The notes beneath the pieces are model-generated. The model ran no database searches and was not told the origin of the DNA. It worked only from the letters and a program-made list of their open reading frames with translations. From an uncultured Enterobacterales bacterium (GTDB taxonomy: Bacteria > Myxococcota_A > UBA796 > CAJQPC01), in NCBI GenBank assembly GCA_964610645.1, contig CAZSZE010000005.1:33282-97281 (forward strand): a DNA stretch of 64,000 nt, in the 5' to 3' direction. Made by a program: the position numbers and the translations under genes. Shown in pieces: positions 1 to 9,895 of the stretch (its first letter is position 1; the number at the start of each line of letters is the position of its first letter).

Positions 1-166
1 GTGCCGGTCCATTGGAGAAGCCCTCCACCTGGATGTTCAGGAGCAACTCACCCCATCCCGGTGGATCGAGGGCCACGCCGCCAGTGTCAGATTCCAAGTC
101 CTTTTGGGTCTTGCAAGAGATCCCGCCGACCACGCAAAGAACAAGGCAACCTGTCGAAATTCGCAC
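1..166 (-). CDS. partial ORF (N-terminus only), putative lipoprotein
   Basis: Absent from the ORF track because it runs off the left edge. The minus frame is open from 166 to 1. GTG at 166 is preceded by GGAGGG. The N-terminus (M)RISTGCLVLCVVGGISC-KTQ resembles a signal peptide plus lipobox. Confidence 0.3.
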   Translation of the reverse strand, partial: MRISTGCLVLCVVGGISCKTQKDLESDTGGVALDPPGWGELLLNIQVEGFSNGPA

Positions 167-307
167 GCTCCCTCCAAATCCCCTGGCAGAGCCGACCAGA
201 CTTTCTTTGAGCATGCAGGGCAAAGGTGTTGAATCGGGGACAAATCGATTCAGACGGTGGGGAAGGATCTGGGGTCCCCAGGGATTGGTTCTGCGCCCCG
301 TCGTCGC

Positions 308-1267
308 CTAAGCGGGTTTGTTCTGCAGCACGCCTTCGATCCGTTCGATCACTCCCTCGTCCAGCTTCTCCACCAGGTCCAGGGCATCCAGGTTCTCGTG
401 GAGCTGCTCCACTCGGCTCGCCCCGGTGATCACCGTGCTGACCTGGGGACATCGCACGGTCCAGGCCAGGGCCATTTGGGCGAGGGTGCAGCCCAGGTCC
501 TTTGCGATGGGTGCCAGGGCCCGGACTTTTTCGATGCGCTCCTCGGTGATCACGAGGTCGGACAGCCAGGCGAAATCCTCGTGGGCAAGGCGGCTGCCTG
601 CTTGGATGCCGTCGTTGTACTTTCCAGTCAAGAGGCCCGAGCAAAGGGGGCTCCATGTGGTGGTTCCCAGGCCCCGCTCCTGGATGTGGGGCACGAGGTC
701 GCGCTCCACGGCCTCCCGGCAGAACATGTGGTACTGCGGCTGCTCCATGGTGGGGGGAATGAGGCCGTGGGCATCGCAAACGGTGTAGGCCTCTGAGAGC
801 TGGGCAGCCGTCCACTCGGAGGTGCCCCAGTAGAGCACCTTGCCCTGGCGGATCAGCCCATCCATGGCCCGGGCGGTCTCCAGCACCGGCGTGTCGGGAT
901 CCGCCCGGTGGCAGAAGTACAGGTCCAGGTAGGACAGGCGCAGTCGCCGCAGGGCTGCGTGGCAGGCCTCCACCACGTGCTTGGCGCTCAAGCCCACATC
1001 GTTGGGTCCATCGCCCCCCCAGAAGACCTTGGAGGACACCACGAGGTCCTCGCGCCGGAGCTCTGAGAGAATGCCGCCAAGGGCCTCTTCCGCTGCACCC
1101 TGCCCGTAGGCCTCGGCGCTGTCGAAGAAGTTGACCCCGCGTTCGTACGCTGCGAGCACACAGGCCCGGGCAACGTCATCGTCCACGGTGCGGCCATAGG
1201 TGACCCAGGAACCAAGGGACAGGGAAGAGACCTTCAGGCCGGAGCCTCCCAGGCGACGGTATTCCAT
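308..1267 (-). CDS. aldo/keto reductase (Kv-beta-like AKR family)
   Basis: ORF 308..1300, start trimmed to MEYRRLGGSGLKVSSLSLGSWVTYG. This is a typical AKR N-terminus, and family-like motifs run along the full length (GVNFFDSAEAYG, LDLYFCHRAD). Confidence 0.85.
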   Translation of the reverse strand: MEYRRLGGSGLKVSSLSLGSWVTYGRTVDDDVARACVLAAYERGVNFFDSAEAYGQGAAEEALGGILSELRREDLVVSSKVFWGGDGPNDVGLSAKHVVEACHAALRRLRLSYLDLYFCHRADPDTPVLETARAMDGLIRQGKVLYWGTSEWTAAQLSEAYTVCDAHGLIPPTMEQPQYHMFCREAVERDLVPHIQERGLGTTTWSPLCSGLLTGKYNDGIQAGSRLAHEDFAWLSDLVITEERIEKVRALAPIAKDLGCTLAQMALAWTVRCPQVSTVITGASRVEQLHENLDALDLVEKLDEGVIERIEGVLQNKPA

Positions 1268-1337
1268 GCAACCTCCCAGCCCGGTCCTTATCGCGCCCAT
1301 GGCCCCGATGTGCTACACCGCGGCACTGGAGGAACCC

Positions 1338-2702
1338 ATGGAACCCAGGCAGGTAAAATCCGCCCAGGAAGCAGCCCAATTGGTGGCGGAAAGGGAGCTT
1401 TCCCACGTCAAGGTAGGGGTGTTCGACATCGATGGCGTGCTTCGCGGCAAGTACATGTCCCGGGCCAAGTTTGAATCAGCCCTGGAGAAGGGATTTGGGT
1501 TCTGTGACGTGGTTGTGGGCTGGGACAGCGACGATGCCTTGTACGACAACGTCTCCATCACCGGGTGGCACACGGGCTACCCGGATGCACCGGTGCGGCT
1601 GCTGCCGGAGACCTGTCGGGAGCTGCCCCTGGAGGACGGGGTGTTCTTCCTCGGGGAGTTTGGCGGCAACGCCGAGGCCATCTGCCCCAGGGGGACCTTG
1701 CGGCGAGTGATGGAACGGGCAGCCAGCCGGGGATTGTTCGCCAATGCCGCACTGGAGTTTGAGTTCTTCGTGTTCGAGGAGACCCCTCATTCCGTGCGGG
1801 AAAAGGGCTACCGGGACTTGAAGCCGATTGCCCCAGGCAATTTCGGATACTCCATGATTCGCAACTCCGTGTTTTCCGAGTTGTACGAGGACATCCTCTC
1901 CTTCTGCGAACAGATGGATTTTCCCCTGGAAGGCCTCCACGAGGAAACCGGCCCCGGCGTGTTGGAGGCAGCCATCGGCGTGGATGAGATCCTGAGCGCA
2001 GCGGACAAGGCCGCCCTGTTCAAGACCTTTCTAAAGGTCCTGATGCAGAAGCAGGACCTCATGGCGACGTTCATGGCGAAGTGGTCCCCGGACTATCCAG
2101 GCCAAAGCGGGCACCTGCACATCTCCCTCGTGGACGTGGATGGAAACTCCGTCTTCTACGAGGAGGGGGCTCCCCACACCATGAGCCAGACCATGCGCCA
2201 GTTCGTGGCCGGCTGCCAGCAGTTGATGCCCGAGATGCTCGCTCTGGTGGCCCCCACGGTGAACTCGTTCACCCGCCTGGTACCGGGGGCGTGGGCGCCG
2301 ACCAATGCGTCCTGGGGTGTGGAGAACCGAACCTGCGCCCTGCGGGTCATTGCCGGGGGTCCCAAGAGCCAGCGCCTGGAGTACCGGGTTGGAGCAGCGG
2401 ACATCAACCCGTACCTGGGCCTCGCCGCTGTTCTGGCTTCCGGGTTGTATGGAATCGAGCAGGGACTGGAGCTTGCCGACCCCATCGAGGGCAATGCCTA
2501 CGAGGTCGAGTTTCCGCCGGAACAACGCCTGCCGGCCACCCTCACGGAGGCAGCGGATCGCTTGGCCGCCTCGGAGTGGGCCGCCGAGGTGTTTGGTCCC
2601 GAATTCGTTGCCCACTATGCTGCATCCCGTCGGTGGGAAGAGCGTCAATTCCGTGGGGCGGTCAGTGATTGGGAATTGTCGCGGTACTTTGAGATAATAT
2701 AG
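1338..2702 (+). CDS. glutamine synthetase family protein (gamma-glutamyl-amine ligase-like, PuuA/IpuC/GlnA4 type)
   Basis: ORF 1200..2702, start trimmed to MEPRQVKSAQEA. Shows the GS beta-grasp and catalytic-domain pattern (VGVFDIDGVLRGKYM, HEETGPGVLEAA, NRTCALRV, RLEYRVGAADINPYL). Confidence 0.85.
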   Translation: MEPRQVKSAQEAAQLVAERELSHVKVGVFDIDGVLRGKYMSRAKFESALEKGFGFCDVVVGWDSDDALYDNVSITGWHTGYPDAPVRLLPETCRELPLEDGVFFLGEFGGNAEAICPRGTLRRVMERAASRGLFANAALEFEFFVFEETPHSVREKGYRDLKPIAPGNFGYSMIRNSVFSELYEDILSFCEQMDFPLEGLHEETGPGVLEAAIGVDEILSAADKAALFKTFLKVLMQKQDLMATFMAKWSPDYPGQSGHLHISLVDVDGNSVFYEEGAPHTMSQTMRQFVAGCQQLMPEMLALVAPTVNSFTRLVPGAWAPTNASWGVENRTCALRVIAGGPKSQRLEYRVGAADINPYLGLAAVLASGLYGIEQGLELADPIEGNAYEVEFPPEQRLPATLTEAADRLAASEWAAEVFGPEFVAHYAASRRWEERQFRGAVSDWELSRYFEII

Positions 2703-2731
2703 GTACAAACGCCGAAATCCGGAGGTGGTCC

Positions 2732-4123
2732 TTGCTATCGGCCCAGCAACACACCGTGAGCCCCGTGGATGGCTCGGTGTACGTGGAGCGTCCCCTGGCG
2801 CGGGGGCGGGAGATCGAAGAATGCCTCGCTGCTGGGGTGCAGGCCCAGGCAGAATGGTGCCAGGTGTCCCTGGTGGACCGCATGGCAGCGGTGGCAGCCA
2901 TGGTGGATGCGTTCGTGGCCATGGGGCCAGAGGCGGCCCAGGAGTTGTCCTGGCAGATCGGCCGCCCCATTGCCCATTCCCCCCATGAGATCGCCGGGTT
3001 TGCATCCCGTGCCCGGAGCATGCTTGCCATGGCCCCGAAGGCGCTTGCCCCGGTGGAGCCCACCGAACAGCCGGGCTTTCGCCGGTTCGTGGAGCGTGCC
3101 CCCCTGGGACTGGTGCTGGTGTTGGCTCCCTGGAACTTCCCCTACCTCACCGCGGTCAACACGGTCGTGCCTGCGCTGGTGGCGGGCAACACGGTCTTGC
3201 TGAAGCACTCCAACCAAACGCCCCTGTGCGCCGAACGCTTGAGCCGGGCAGCCGAACAAGCGGGGCTTCCCGAAGGAGTTTTCCAGCACGTTCACATGTC
3301 CCACGACGCGGTGGCCCGGGTCGTTGCAGATTCCCGGGTGAGCCACGTGGCTTTTACGGGTTCGGTCGAGGGAGGCCGGGCGGTTCACGGGGCGATGGCC
3401 GGTGGCTTTGGCACCATCGGCCTGGAGTTGGGTGGCAAGGACCCGGCCTATGTTCGAGCAGATGCAAACGCCGAGCAAGCAGCAAGCGGACTGGTGGATG
3501 GCGCCTTCTACAACGCAGGCCAGTCCTGTTGCGGTGTGGAGCGGATTTACGTGCACGAGGCGGTGTACAACGAATTCCTGGATGCATTCGTGGCCGAAGT
3601 ACAGCGCTACCGCCTGGGGAATCCCCTGGATCCCGAGACCACGCTGGGTCCCATGGTGCGAGCTGCCAACGCGAATCGCGTGCGGGCCCAGGTGGCTGCT
3701 GCTGAGGCGCGGGGTGCTCGGGGGCTGATCAATCCCGGCCTCTTTCCGGAGGCACGCAGGGCGGGTGCCTACCTGGCGCCCCAGGTGCTGGTGGGGGTGG
3801 ACCACAGCATGGAGGTCATGAAGGAAGAGACCTTCGGCCCGGTGGTGGGGATCATGAAGGTCTATGACGATGCAGAGGCAGTCAAGTGGATGAACGACAG
3901 CCGGTACGGACTGACGGCCTCCATCTGGACTCCGGATTTGGATGCGGCCCAGGCCCTTGGCGCACAATTGGAAACCGGCACTGTCTTTGCCAACCGCTGT
4001 GACTTCCTGGACCCGGAATTGGCCTGGGTCGGGGTGAAGGACAGCGGCCGGGGCTGCACCCTGTCCCGGGTAGGATACGAGGCCCTCACGCGCCCCAAGT
4101 CCTTCCACCTGAAGGAGGTCTAG
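2732..4123 (+). CDS. NAD(P)-dependent aldehyde dehydrogenase
   Basis: TTG start at 2732 with GGAGG 6 nt upstream. ALDH motifs are present: APWNFPY, VAFTGSVEGGRAV, LELGGKDP, QSCCGVERIYV, EETFGPV. Confidence 0.9.
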   Translation: MLSAQQHTVSPVDGSVYVERPLARGREIEECLAAGVQAQAEWCQVSLVDRMAAVAAMVDAFVAMGPEAAQELSWQIGRPIAHSPHEIAGFASRARSMLAMAPKALAPVEPTEQPGFRRFVERAPLGLVLVLAPWNFPYLTAVNTVVPALVAGNTVLLKHSNQTPLCAERLSRAAEQAGLPEGVFQHVHMSHDAVARVVADSRVSHVAFTGSVEGGRAVHGAMAGGFGTIGLELGGKDPAYVRADANAEQAASGLVDGAFYNAGQSCCGVERIYVHEAVYNEFLDAFVAEVQRYRLGNPLDPETTLGPMVRAANANRVRAQVAAAEARGARGLINPGLFPEARRAGAYLAPQVLVGVDHSMEVMKEETFGPVVGIMKVYDDAEAVKWMNDSRYGLTASIWTPDLDAAQALGAQLETGTVFANRCDFLDPELAWVGVKDSGRGCTLSRVGYEALTRPKSFHLKEV

Positions 4124-4137
4124 GCGCCGGAGAAACC

Positions 4138-5358
4138 ATGGCCGACCGTTCCAACCAGGACGCACCCACGGGTTCCTGGAACTACCCCACACCCATCACC
4201 TATGGCCCGGGGACGGTCAGTGGGTTGGGGGCGGCCTGCCGCAGCGTGGGCATGCAGCGGCCCTTGTTGGTGACCGACGAGGGGCTCGCCGAGTTGGACC
4301 CGGCTCTCCAGGCACGATCTGCCCTGGTGGAGGCTGGCCTGAAGATCGGCGAGTTCTCGGGGTTCGGCGGAAACCCCACCGGCAGCGATGTCGCAGCGGG
4401 CACAGATCGGTTCCGTCGAGGAGGCCACGATGGAGTGGTTGCGCTGGGGGGCGGAAGCGCACTCGACATGGGCAAGGCCATCGGCTTGATGGGGGGCCAG
4501 ACCCGGCCTCTGTGGGACTTTGAGGATGTAGGGGATGCCTGGACCCGGGCTGACCCGGACGGGATTGCACCGGTGGTGGCGGTACCGACCACCGCGGGGA
4601 CCGGGTCCGAGGTGGGCCGGTGCTCTGTCATCGTGAACGAGGCGGAAAAGCGAAAGGTGGTCATCTTTCACCCGGAGATGCTTCCCAGGGCGGTGATTTC
4701 CGATCCGGGGCTTGGGGTGGGGTTGCCTGCACACCTGACAGCAGCCGTGGGAATGGATGCCCTCTCCCACAACCTCGAGGCTTTCTGCGCACCGGGTTTT
4801 CATCCCATGGCCGATGGCATCGCTCTGCAAGGCATGCGGCTGATTCACCAGAGCTTGCAGGCGGTGGTTGCAGATGGCTCGAACCTCGCCGCCCGGGCAG
4901 ACATGCTCGCAGCCGCCACCATGGGCGCCACGGCCTTTCAAAAGGGGCTGGGTGCCATGCACTCCCTGTCTCACCCGATCGGTGCGCACCTGGGAGCCCA
5001 CCACGGACTGACCAACGCGGTGGTGATGCCGTACGTGCTTTGTTTCAACCGGTCTGCCATCGACGAGCGCATGGGCGTCCTGGCCCGCACCCTTGGCATC
5101 GGGGACGATTTCGAGGCGGTTCTTTCCTGGGTCCTGGCCCTGCGCGAGGCCCTCAACATTCCCCACACCCTGGCTTCCCTTGGCTTCGAGGATACACACG
5201 CATCGTTGCTTGCACCCGAGGCAGCACGGGACCCCACCGCGCCCACGAACCCGGTTCCCCTGGACTCGGAGGTCTTGGAACGCCTCTACCTGGATGCCTT
5301 GCATGGGCGAATTCAGGGAGGCGCGTTAGCCCGCGGGGGTGTCCTCCCAAGCCGCTGA
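4138..5358 (+). CDS. iron-containing (group III) alcohol dehydrogenase
   Basis: Fe-ADH pattern: GGGSALDMGKAI, AVPTTAGTGSEV, DALSHNLEAF, GAMHSLSHPIGA. It starts 14 nt after the ALDH stop. Confidence 0.9.
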   Translation: MADRSNQDAPTGSWNYPTPITYGPGTVSGLGAACRSVGMQRPLLVTDEGLAELDPALQARSALVEAGLKIGEFSGFGGNPTGSDVAAGTDRFRRGGHDGVVALGGGSALDMGKAIGLMGGQTRPLWDFEDVGDAWTRADPDGIAPVVAVPTTAGTGSEVGRCSVIVNEAEKRKVVIFHPEMLPRAVISDPGLGVGLPAHLTAAVGMDALSHNLEAFCAPGFHPMADGIALQGMRLIHQSLQAVVADGSNLAARADMLAAATMGATAFQKGLGAMHSLSHPIGAHLGAHHGLTNAVVMPYVLCFNRSAIDERMGVLARTLGIGDDFEAVLSWVLALREALNIPHTLASLGFEDTHASLLAPEAARDPTAPTNPVPLDSEVLERLYLDALHGRIQGGALARGGVLPSR

Positions 5359-6616
5359 AGCGCCCTCCCTCGAAAAGACCTGGCGGCGCCGGGCGTTTGC
5401 CTCCACGTGGGTGTGCTACGCCGGGTTCTACTTCTGCCGAAAGGCGTGGGGAATCGCCAGCGCTGCAGTAGGCGAGGCCCACGGCCTGGATGCCAGCACC
5501 CTGGGCTGGATCGCCACGGCGTTCATTGTCGCCTACACGGTGGGGCAGTTCCTGTCGGGGTGGCTGGGGCAGCGCATCGGCGCAAGAAGGCTGCTCCTGG
5601 GCGGAATGGCGGTCTCCATCGCAGCCCACGGGGCCCTGGGATTCGCCAATTCCACCAGCACCTTCGTGGTGTTCATGGTGGTGAACGGCCTGGCCCAGTC
5701 CACGGGTTGGTGCGGAACCGTGGCCACCATGGCCCGCTGGTTTCGCCGCTCGGAACGGGGCGTGGTCATGGGATTCTGGGCCACCTGCTACCAGGTGGGC
5801 GGCGTCCTGGCCAAGGGGCTCGCAGCCTGGTCCATCGGGGCCCTGGGCTATCGCTATGCCTTCTTCACCGGCTCGGTGGTGGTGGTGGGGGTGTGGGTAG
5901 TGGTCCACTTCTTCCAGCGCAACGGGCCATCGGATGTGGGCCTCGAGGAGTATGAGGAGTCGGGGGAGCTCCAGGGAGATGGCCAGGAGAGCATGACCGC
6001 GGGCGTGGGTTGGGACCGCAGCACCCTGACCAGCGTGCTCCTGGTGGGCGTCTTCTACTTCTTCGTGAAGTTCATTCGATACGCCATCGACTACTGGGTG
6101 CCCTACCTTTTTCACCACCACTTTGGCCTGGACTTCGCGGAAGCGGGCTACCTGTCGCTCCTGTTCGACCTGTTCGGGGTCGGGGGCGTGATCGCCATTG
6201 GCTACGCCTCAGACAAGTGGTTTGGCGGGCGCCGGGCCCGGATCAGCCTGCTGGCGGTGGTGGGCATGGTGGGCGCCTGCTTTGTGCTTGCGACGGGGGG
6301 CGGGGAGAGCGTGGCGTTGTTTGCCTTGGCCCTGGGGTTGGTGGGATTCACCTTGTATGGGCCGGATGCCCTCATGAGCGGGGCTGCGGCCATCGACATT
6401 GGCACCCCGCGCCAGGCGGCTCTGGCAGCCGGCATCATCAATGGCATGGGTTCGGTGGGTGGGGCCCTCCAGGGACCGCTGATCGGGTCGCTCCTGGACG
6501 ATCCGGGAGGGGCCACCGAGCGCGTCCTGTGGCTCCTTGTGGCTGCTTCTATTGCTGCTGCCGCCACCTTGAGTCTGGTCGTGTGGCGAAACCACAAGGG
6601 GTGGTCGGACGTTTAG
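5339..6616 (+). CDS. MFS transporter, organophosphate:Pi antiporter (GlpT/UhpC-like) family
   Basis: 425-aa polytopic protein. The N-terminal YAGFYFCRKAWGIASAAV motif resembles the GlpT/UhpC signature. It overlaps the end of the ADH gene, so the exact start is uncertain. Confidence 0.75.
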   Translation: MSSQAAEAPSLEKTWRRRAFASTWVCYAGFYFCRKAWGIASAAVGEAHGLDASTLGWIATAFIVAYTVGQFLSGWLGQRIGARRLLLGGMAVSIAAHGALGFANSTSTFVVFMVVNGLAQSTGWCGTVATMARWFRRSERGVVMGFWATCYQVGGVLAKGLAAWSIGALGYRYAFFTGSVVVVGVWVVVHFFQRNGPSDVGLEEYEESGELQGDGQESMTAGVGWDRSTLTSVLLVGVFYFFVKFIRYAIDYWVPYLFHHHFGLDFAEAGYLSLLFDLFGVGGVIAIGYASDKWFGGRRARISLLAVVGMVGACFVLATGGGESVALFALALGLVGFTLYGPDALMSGAAAIDIGTPRQAALAAGIINGMGSVGGALQGPLIGSLLDDPGGATERVLWLLVAASIAAAATLSLVVWRNHKGWSDV

Positions 6617-7155
6617 TTCGCCAGCTGGCGGAGGGCGCCCACTCCCGCCAACACGGTGATGGCTGGGAGATGCCAGGAGGGAGGCGGCGCAGTGGCCGCC
6701 ACGATGGCAATTGCCCCGAGTATGGGCGTGGTGATCTTCACGGCGAGGCCCGCGAGCCGGGGCAGAATCATGGCCCCCAGCAGGGCGCCAACCAAGCCGA
6801 ACCAGGCAGGCCAGGGAGGCGCCTGGATGTCGCCGATGGCTGCCACAATCACCCCCCCCGCCAGGGCCCCAGCCACCCGGAGCGCCAGCTTCTCAAGACG
6901 ATGGGCCAGCCAACCGCCCAGTCCAGCGAGGGCCACGCCAGCGGCCAATTGGACCACCAGCGAGGCGCTTGAGGTCAGGGCGCTGGCCAGCAGGAGACCG
7001 GCCAGGACGCCCGGGGCCGCCAGGGAAAGCCAGACCAGGTGGGCACCGCGGAGCAGCAGCGCTGCACCCAGCACCCCCAAGGCCAGGCGATGGGGGAGGG
7101 GCGCATTTGCGACCAACGTGGTCCAATTCAGGAGGGCAGGGGGCATGGCAGGCAT
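6613..7155 (-). CDS. hypothetical polytopic membrane protein
   Basis: ORF 6613..7317, trimmed to MPAMPPALL. The rest is Ala/Leu/Gly-rich transmembrane segments. No family was recognised. Confidence 0.45.
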   Translation of the reverse strand: MPAMPPALLNWTTLVANAPLPHRLALGVLGAALLLRGAHLVWLSLAAPGVLAGLLLASALTSSASLVVQLAAGVALAGLGGWLAHRLEKLALRVAGALAGGVIVAAIGDIQAPPWPAWFGLVGALLGAMILPRLAGLAVKITTPILGAIAIVAATAPPPSWHLPAITVLAGVGALRQLAN

Positions 7156-7180
7156 CTGGATAGCGAGGTAGCGTGTTCCC

Positions 7181-8026
7181 GTGCTGTGTGTGCGTCCGAT
7201 TTCGCTGTTTTTGGTGTGCCTTGCCTCCGCGGGATGTGGGAAAGGGGGAAGCGGTCTGTTTGGCAAGGAAGGGGAGGAGGAAACGGGCAGCCAGCCGGGG
7301 GAAGATGCCAACCTCACCGCTCCGGAGGAGCTGTGCTACCTCCATGACAAGGCCTGGAAACTGGCGGTGTTTGAAGAGGCCCTCTGGATCACCACCCAGC
7401 ATGGGGGAGAGATCTGGACCTGGGTGGAAGGGCAGGAGCGAGCCAGTGAAGCCCTGACCAACTTGTCTTTCGTGGAGGCTGTCGAGCCGTGGAATGGCGG
7501 GTTGTGGGCCTCCATGAGCGACTCGGGCGTGGAGGGAAGTGTGGGTCTTTTGGGTGCGGAGGGCGCGGTGGTGGTGCAGGCGACCGCCACTGCGTCGGGT
7601 GCCCTGATGCGTCGTCCCCTGGGGATGGTCGTGCAGGACGGCGACCTGTTCATGGCGGACCCTGCGGCGGGCGTCATCTGGCGTCTTTCCCCGGGCGCGA
7701 CCGTCGTGGAGGAGATGAGCTCGCCTGCGGATCCACTGACGGTGGAGAGCTGGCAGGGGGACCTGGTGATCGGTGCAGATGAGGGTGTGTGGGTCGACCG
7801 AGACGGTGCATGGGAGTCCCTCGATGATCGGCCGGCCTATGGGCTGGCGGTATTGGGAGACCGGCTCTTTGCCACCAATGCCACGGAGGGTTTGTTCGAG
7901 GTCGGCGGCGCGGACCTGATGGGGTCGGGCCCCGCTCGCCCGGGGTCAATCGTGGCCTGGGAGAACGACCTCTACCTGGCCGACTCGGTGGGGGGTTCAA
8001 TCTGGCGTCTTTCCCTGGAGCCTTGA
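7181..8026 (+). CDS. lipoprotein with beta-propeller-like repeats
   Basis: N-terminus MLCVRPISLFLVCLASAGC has a lipobox. Strand motifs recur (AAGVIWRLSPG, VGGSIWRLSLEP, DRLFATNA, NDLYLADS), as in NHL/SMP-30-like propellers. Confidence 0.55.
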   Translation: MLCVRPISLFLVCLASAGCGKGGSGLFGKEGEEETGSQPGEDANLTAPEELCYLHDKAWKLAVFEEALWITTQHGGEIWTWVEGQERASEALTNLSFVEAVEPWNGGLWASMSDSGVEGSVGLLGAEGAVVVQATATASGALMRRPLGMVVQDGDLFMADPAAGVIWRLSPGATVVEEMSSPADPLTVESWQGDLVIGADEGVWVDRDGAWESLDDRPAYGLAVLGDRLFATNATEGLFEVGGADLMGSGPARPGSIVAWENDLYLADSVGGSIWRLSLEP

Positions 8027-8062
8027 TCCGGGTATGGGGCCTGTACCCACGGAGGCCCTGGC

Positions 8063-9778
8063 GTGGAACCCGGCGAGTTGTTTGCAAGAGAGCTGCGGGG
8101 AGCTGAGGATCGCCTGCGGGCAGCGGGCCTTTCTGGGCGCGGCGCGTTTCTCGCCCTGACCCGGCACCTTTCGGGGCGCCTGTCTCTGCCGGAGCACCTG
8201 TGGCCGGACGGTCCCGATGCGCCAAGCGTCGCCCGCCTGGAGCAGATTCCCCTCGCTGCGGACCTGGACCTGTTCGGCCTGGCCTACGAGCGCTTTTTCA
8301 CGGACCTGTTCAAGGGCCAGAAGGGCCAGTATTTTACGCCCCGGCCCCTCGTGGAGCTGATGGCAGACCTGGCAGAGGTGGGCCCCAGGGACCGGGTGTT
8401 GGATCCCACCTGTGGATCGGGTGGTTTCCTGGTAGCGGGCATGGATCGAGGCGCGGATGTGGATGGAGTGGATGTGGACCCGGACCTTGTGTCCCTGGCC
8501 CGGCTCAACCTTGCCCTCCACGGGGGAAATCCAAAGGCGGTCCAACAGGGGGACTTTTTTCGGAATCCACCTGAAGACACCTGGGATGTGATCCTGGCCA
8601 ACCCGCCGTTCTCAGTACCGGTCGAGGATCCGGACACCCTGGCCGGATTTGAATTGGCGGGGTCCCGCACCAGGGTGGTGTCGGATGCGTTGTTCCTGGA
8701 GGCGGCCTGGCGCCGGCTGGTGCCCAACGGCCGCTTGTGCACAGTGCTGCCCTACTCGGTCCTGGTCAATCCCACGGCCAAGCCCATTCGTGACTGGGTG
8801 GATGCACACTTTGTCCGGCGGGCGGTGGTCGCCCTGCCAGAAGGGGTGTTTCGACCGTTTGGTGGCACGGCCACCCGGGCTTGTGTCCTGCTGCTCCAGC
8901 GCAGGCCGGCCCGCGTGACGGACATGCTCGTGGCTGACATTGAACATCCTGGGTTTGATCCCAGCCGAAAGGACTACCGGAGATGCGAGCCGGACCAGCT
9001 GGCCGCGTTGCGGTTGTCCCTGAGGGGCGTACCCTTTGAGCGATCGATCCGCGTGGATGCGGGGGGTGCCTGGGCGCCCTCGGATCACCTGCGAAAGGAG
9101 AGTGTCGGGGCGAGCGTTTCCCGGGTGCGCTTTGGATCCCTGGCCCACATGGAGGTCAATCGACTGGACCCCAGCGCGGAGCCCGGAGAGGCGTTCACCG
9201 AGGTGGACCTCTCGGACCTGGACAAGGAAACAGGAGAGGTCTCCGGGGCGCGGGTGCGGCAGGGTGCCGACTTTTCTCGGGGCCAGAGCAAGGCCACCTT
9301 TGCCGAGGGAGACCTCCTGTTTGGAAAGATGCGTCCCAACCTGAACAACGTGGCCATGGCCACGCGTCCTCGGCCGGACCTGCCGGAGCGCATGGTGGGA
9401 AGCGGAGAATGGGTGCCCTTTCGGGCGTCCCGGGACCCTTACTTCGCGCTGTTGGCCCTGCGGTCCATCTTTGCCCGAGAACAGCTCACCACAACCGGGG
9501 GCCAGACACGCCCCCGGGCACGGGTGGAGGACATTCCGGAGGTGAAGGTGCCGGATCCCGGGGCGGCGGCCCGGGAGCGGTTTCATTTCCTCCTGCGCTC
9601 CATTCACGAGGAGCGAATGCGCCTGCGCCACCTGCTGGTGGAAGTGGAGGCACTCTACGAGGCTTTTGGTCGGGGAACGGTGGACGAGGAGGGCCTGTGC
9701 ACCGCATTGGACGAATTGGAGGGCCGGCGGGAGGCGCCCGGGGGCGGCATCGAGGAGGATGAACCCGAGGGTTGTTGA
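8063..9778 (+). CDS. N6-adenine DNA methyltransferase fused to a single type I S-subunit-like target recognition domain (HsdM-HsdS fusion)
   Basis: The N-terminal half has QYFTPRPLVELM, motif I VLDPTCGSGGFLV and motif IV ILANPPFSV. The C-terminal half has the S-subunit pattern FAEGDLLFGKMRPNLNNVAMA and GSGEWVPFR, plus a helical tail. Confidence 0.8.
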   Translation: MEPGELFARELRGAEDRLRAAGLSGRGAFLALTRHLSGRLSLPEHLWPDGPDAPSVARLEQIPLAADLDLFGLAYERFFTDLFKGQKGQYFTPRPLVELMADLAEVGPRDRVLDPTCGSGGFLVAGMDRGADVDGVDVDPDLVSLARLNLALHGGNPKAVQQGDFFRNPPEDTWDVILANPPFSVPVEDPDTLAGFELAGSRTRVVSDALFLEAAWRRLVPNGRLCTVLPYSVLVNPTAKPIRDWVDAHFVRRAVVALPEGVFRPFGGTATRACVLLLQRRPARVTDMLVADIEHPGFDPSRKDYRRCEPDQLAALRLSLRGVPFERSIRVDAGGAWAPSDHLRKESVGASVSRVRFGSLAHMEVNRLDPSAEPGEAFTEVDLSDLDKETGEVSGARVRQGADFSRGQSKATFAEGDLLFGKMRPNLNNVAMATRPRPDLPERMVGSGEWVPFRASRDPYFALLALRSIFAREQLTTTGGQTRPRARVEDIPEVKVPDPGAAARERFHFLLRSIHEERMRLRHLLVEVEALYEAFGRGTVDEEGLCTALDELEGRREAPGGGIEEDEPEGC

Positions 9779-9787
9779 GGGGGGGGA

Positions 9788-9815
9788 TTGACGCGTCAAC
9801 AAATAGTGGTATCCT
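9788..9815 (+). promoter_or_regulatory. candidate sigma70-type promoter with a palindromic operator
   Basis: TTGACG (9788-9793), a 16-nt spacer, then TATCCT (9810-9815). The -35 element lies inside the perfect 12-bp palindrome TTGACGCGTCAA (9788-9799), about 80 nt upstream of the HTH gene. Confidence 0.35.
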
Positions 9816-9895
9816 GCAAATGAGGCGTAACAGTCTCGCGGGAAACCAGGATGGCGTTCGCCGTCCGCAACAAGGACAGTCAGGGAGGCAAGAAT

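Noticed and set aside
87-815. A 242-aa minus-strand ORF overlapping the 3' end of the AKR gene.
   Set aside because: It is an alternative frame of the AKR gene region with Arg/Pro/Gly-rich composition and no motifs.
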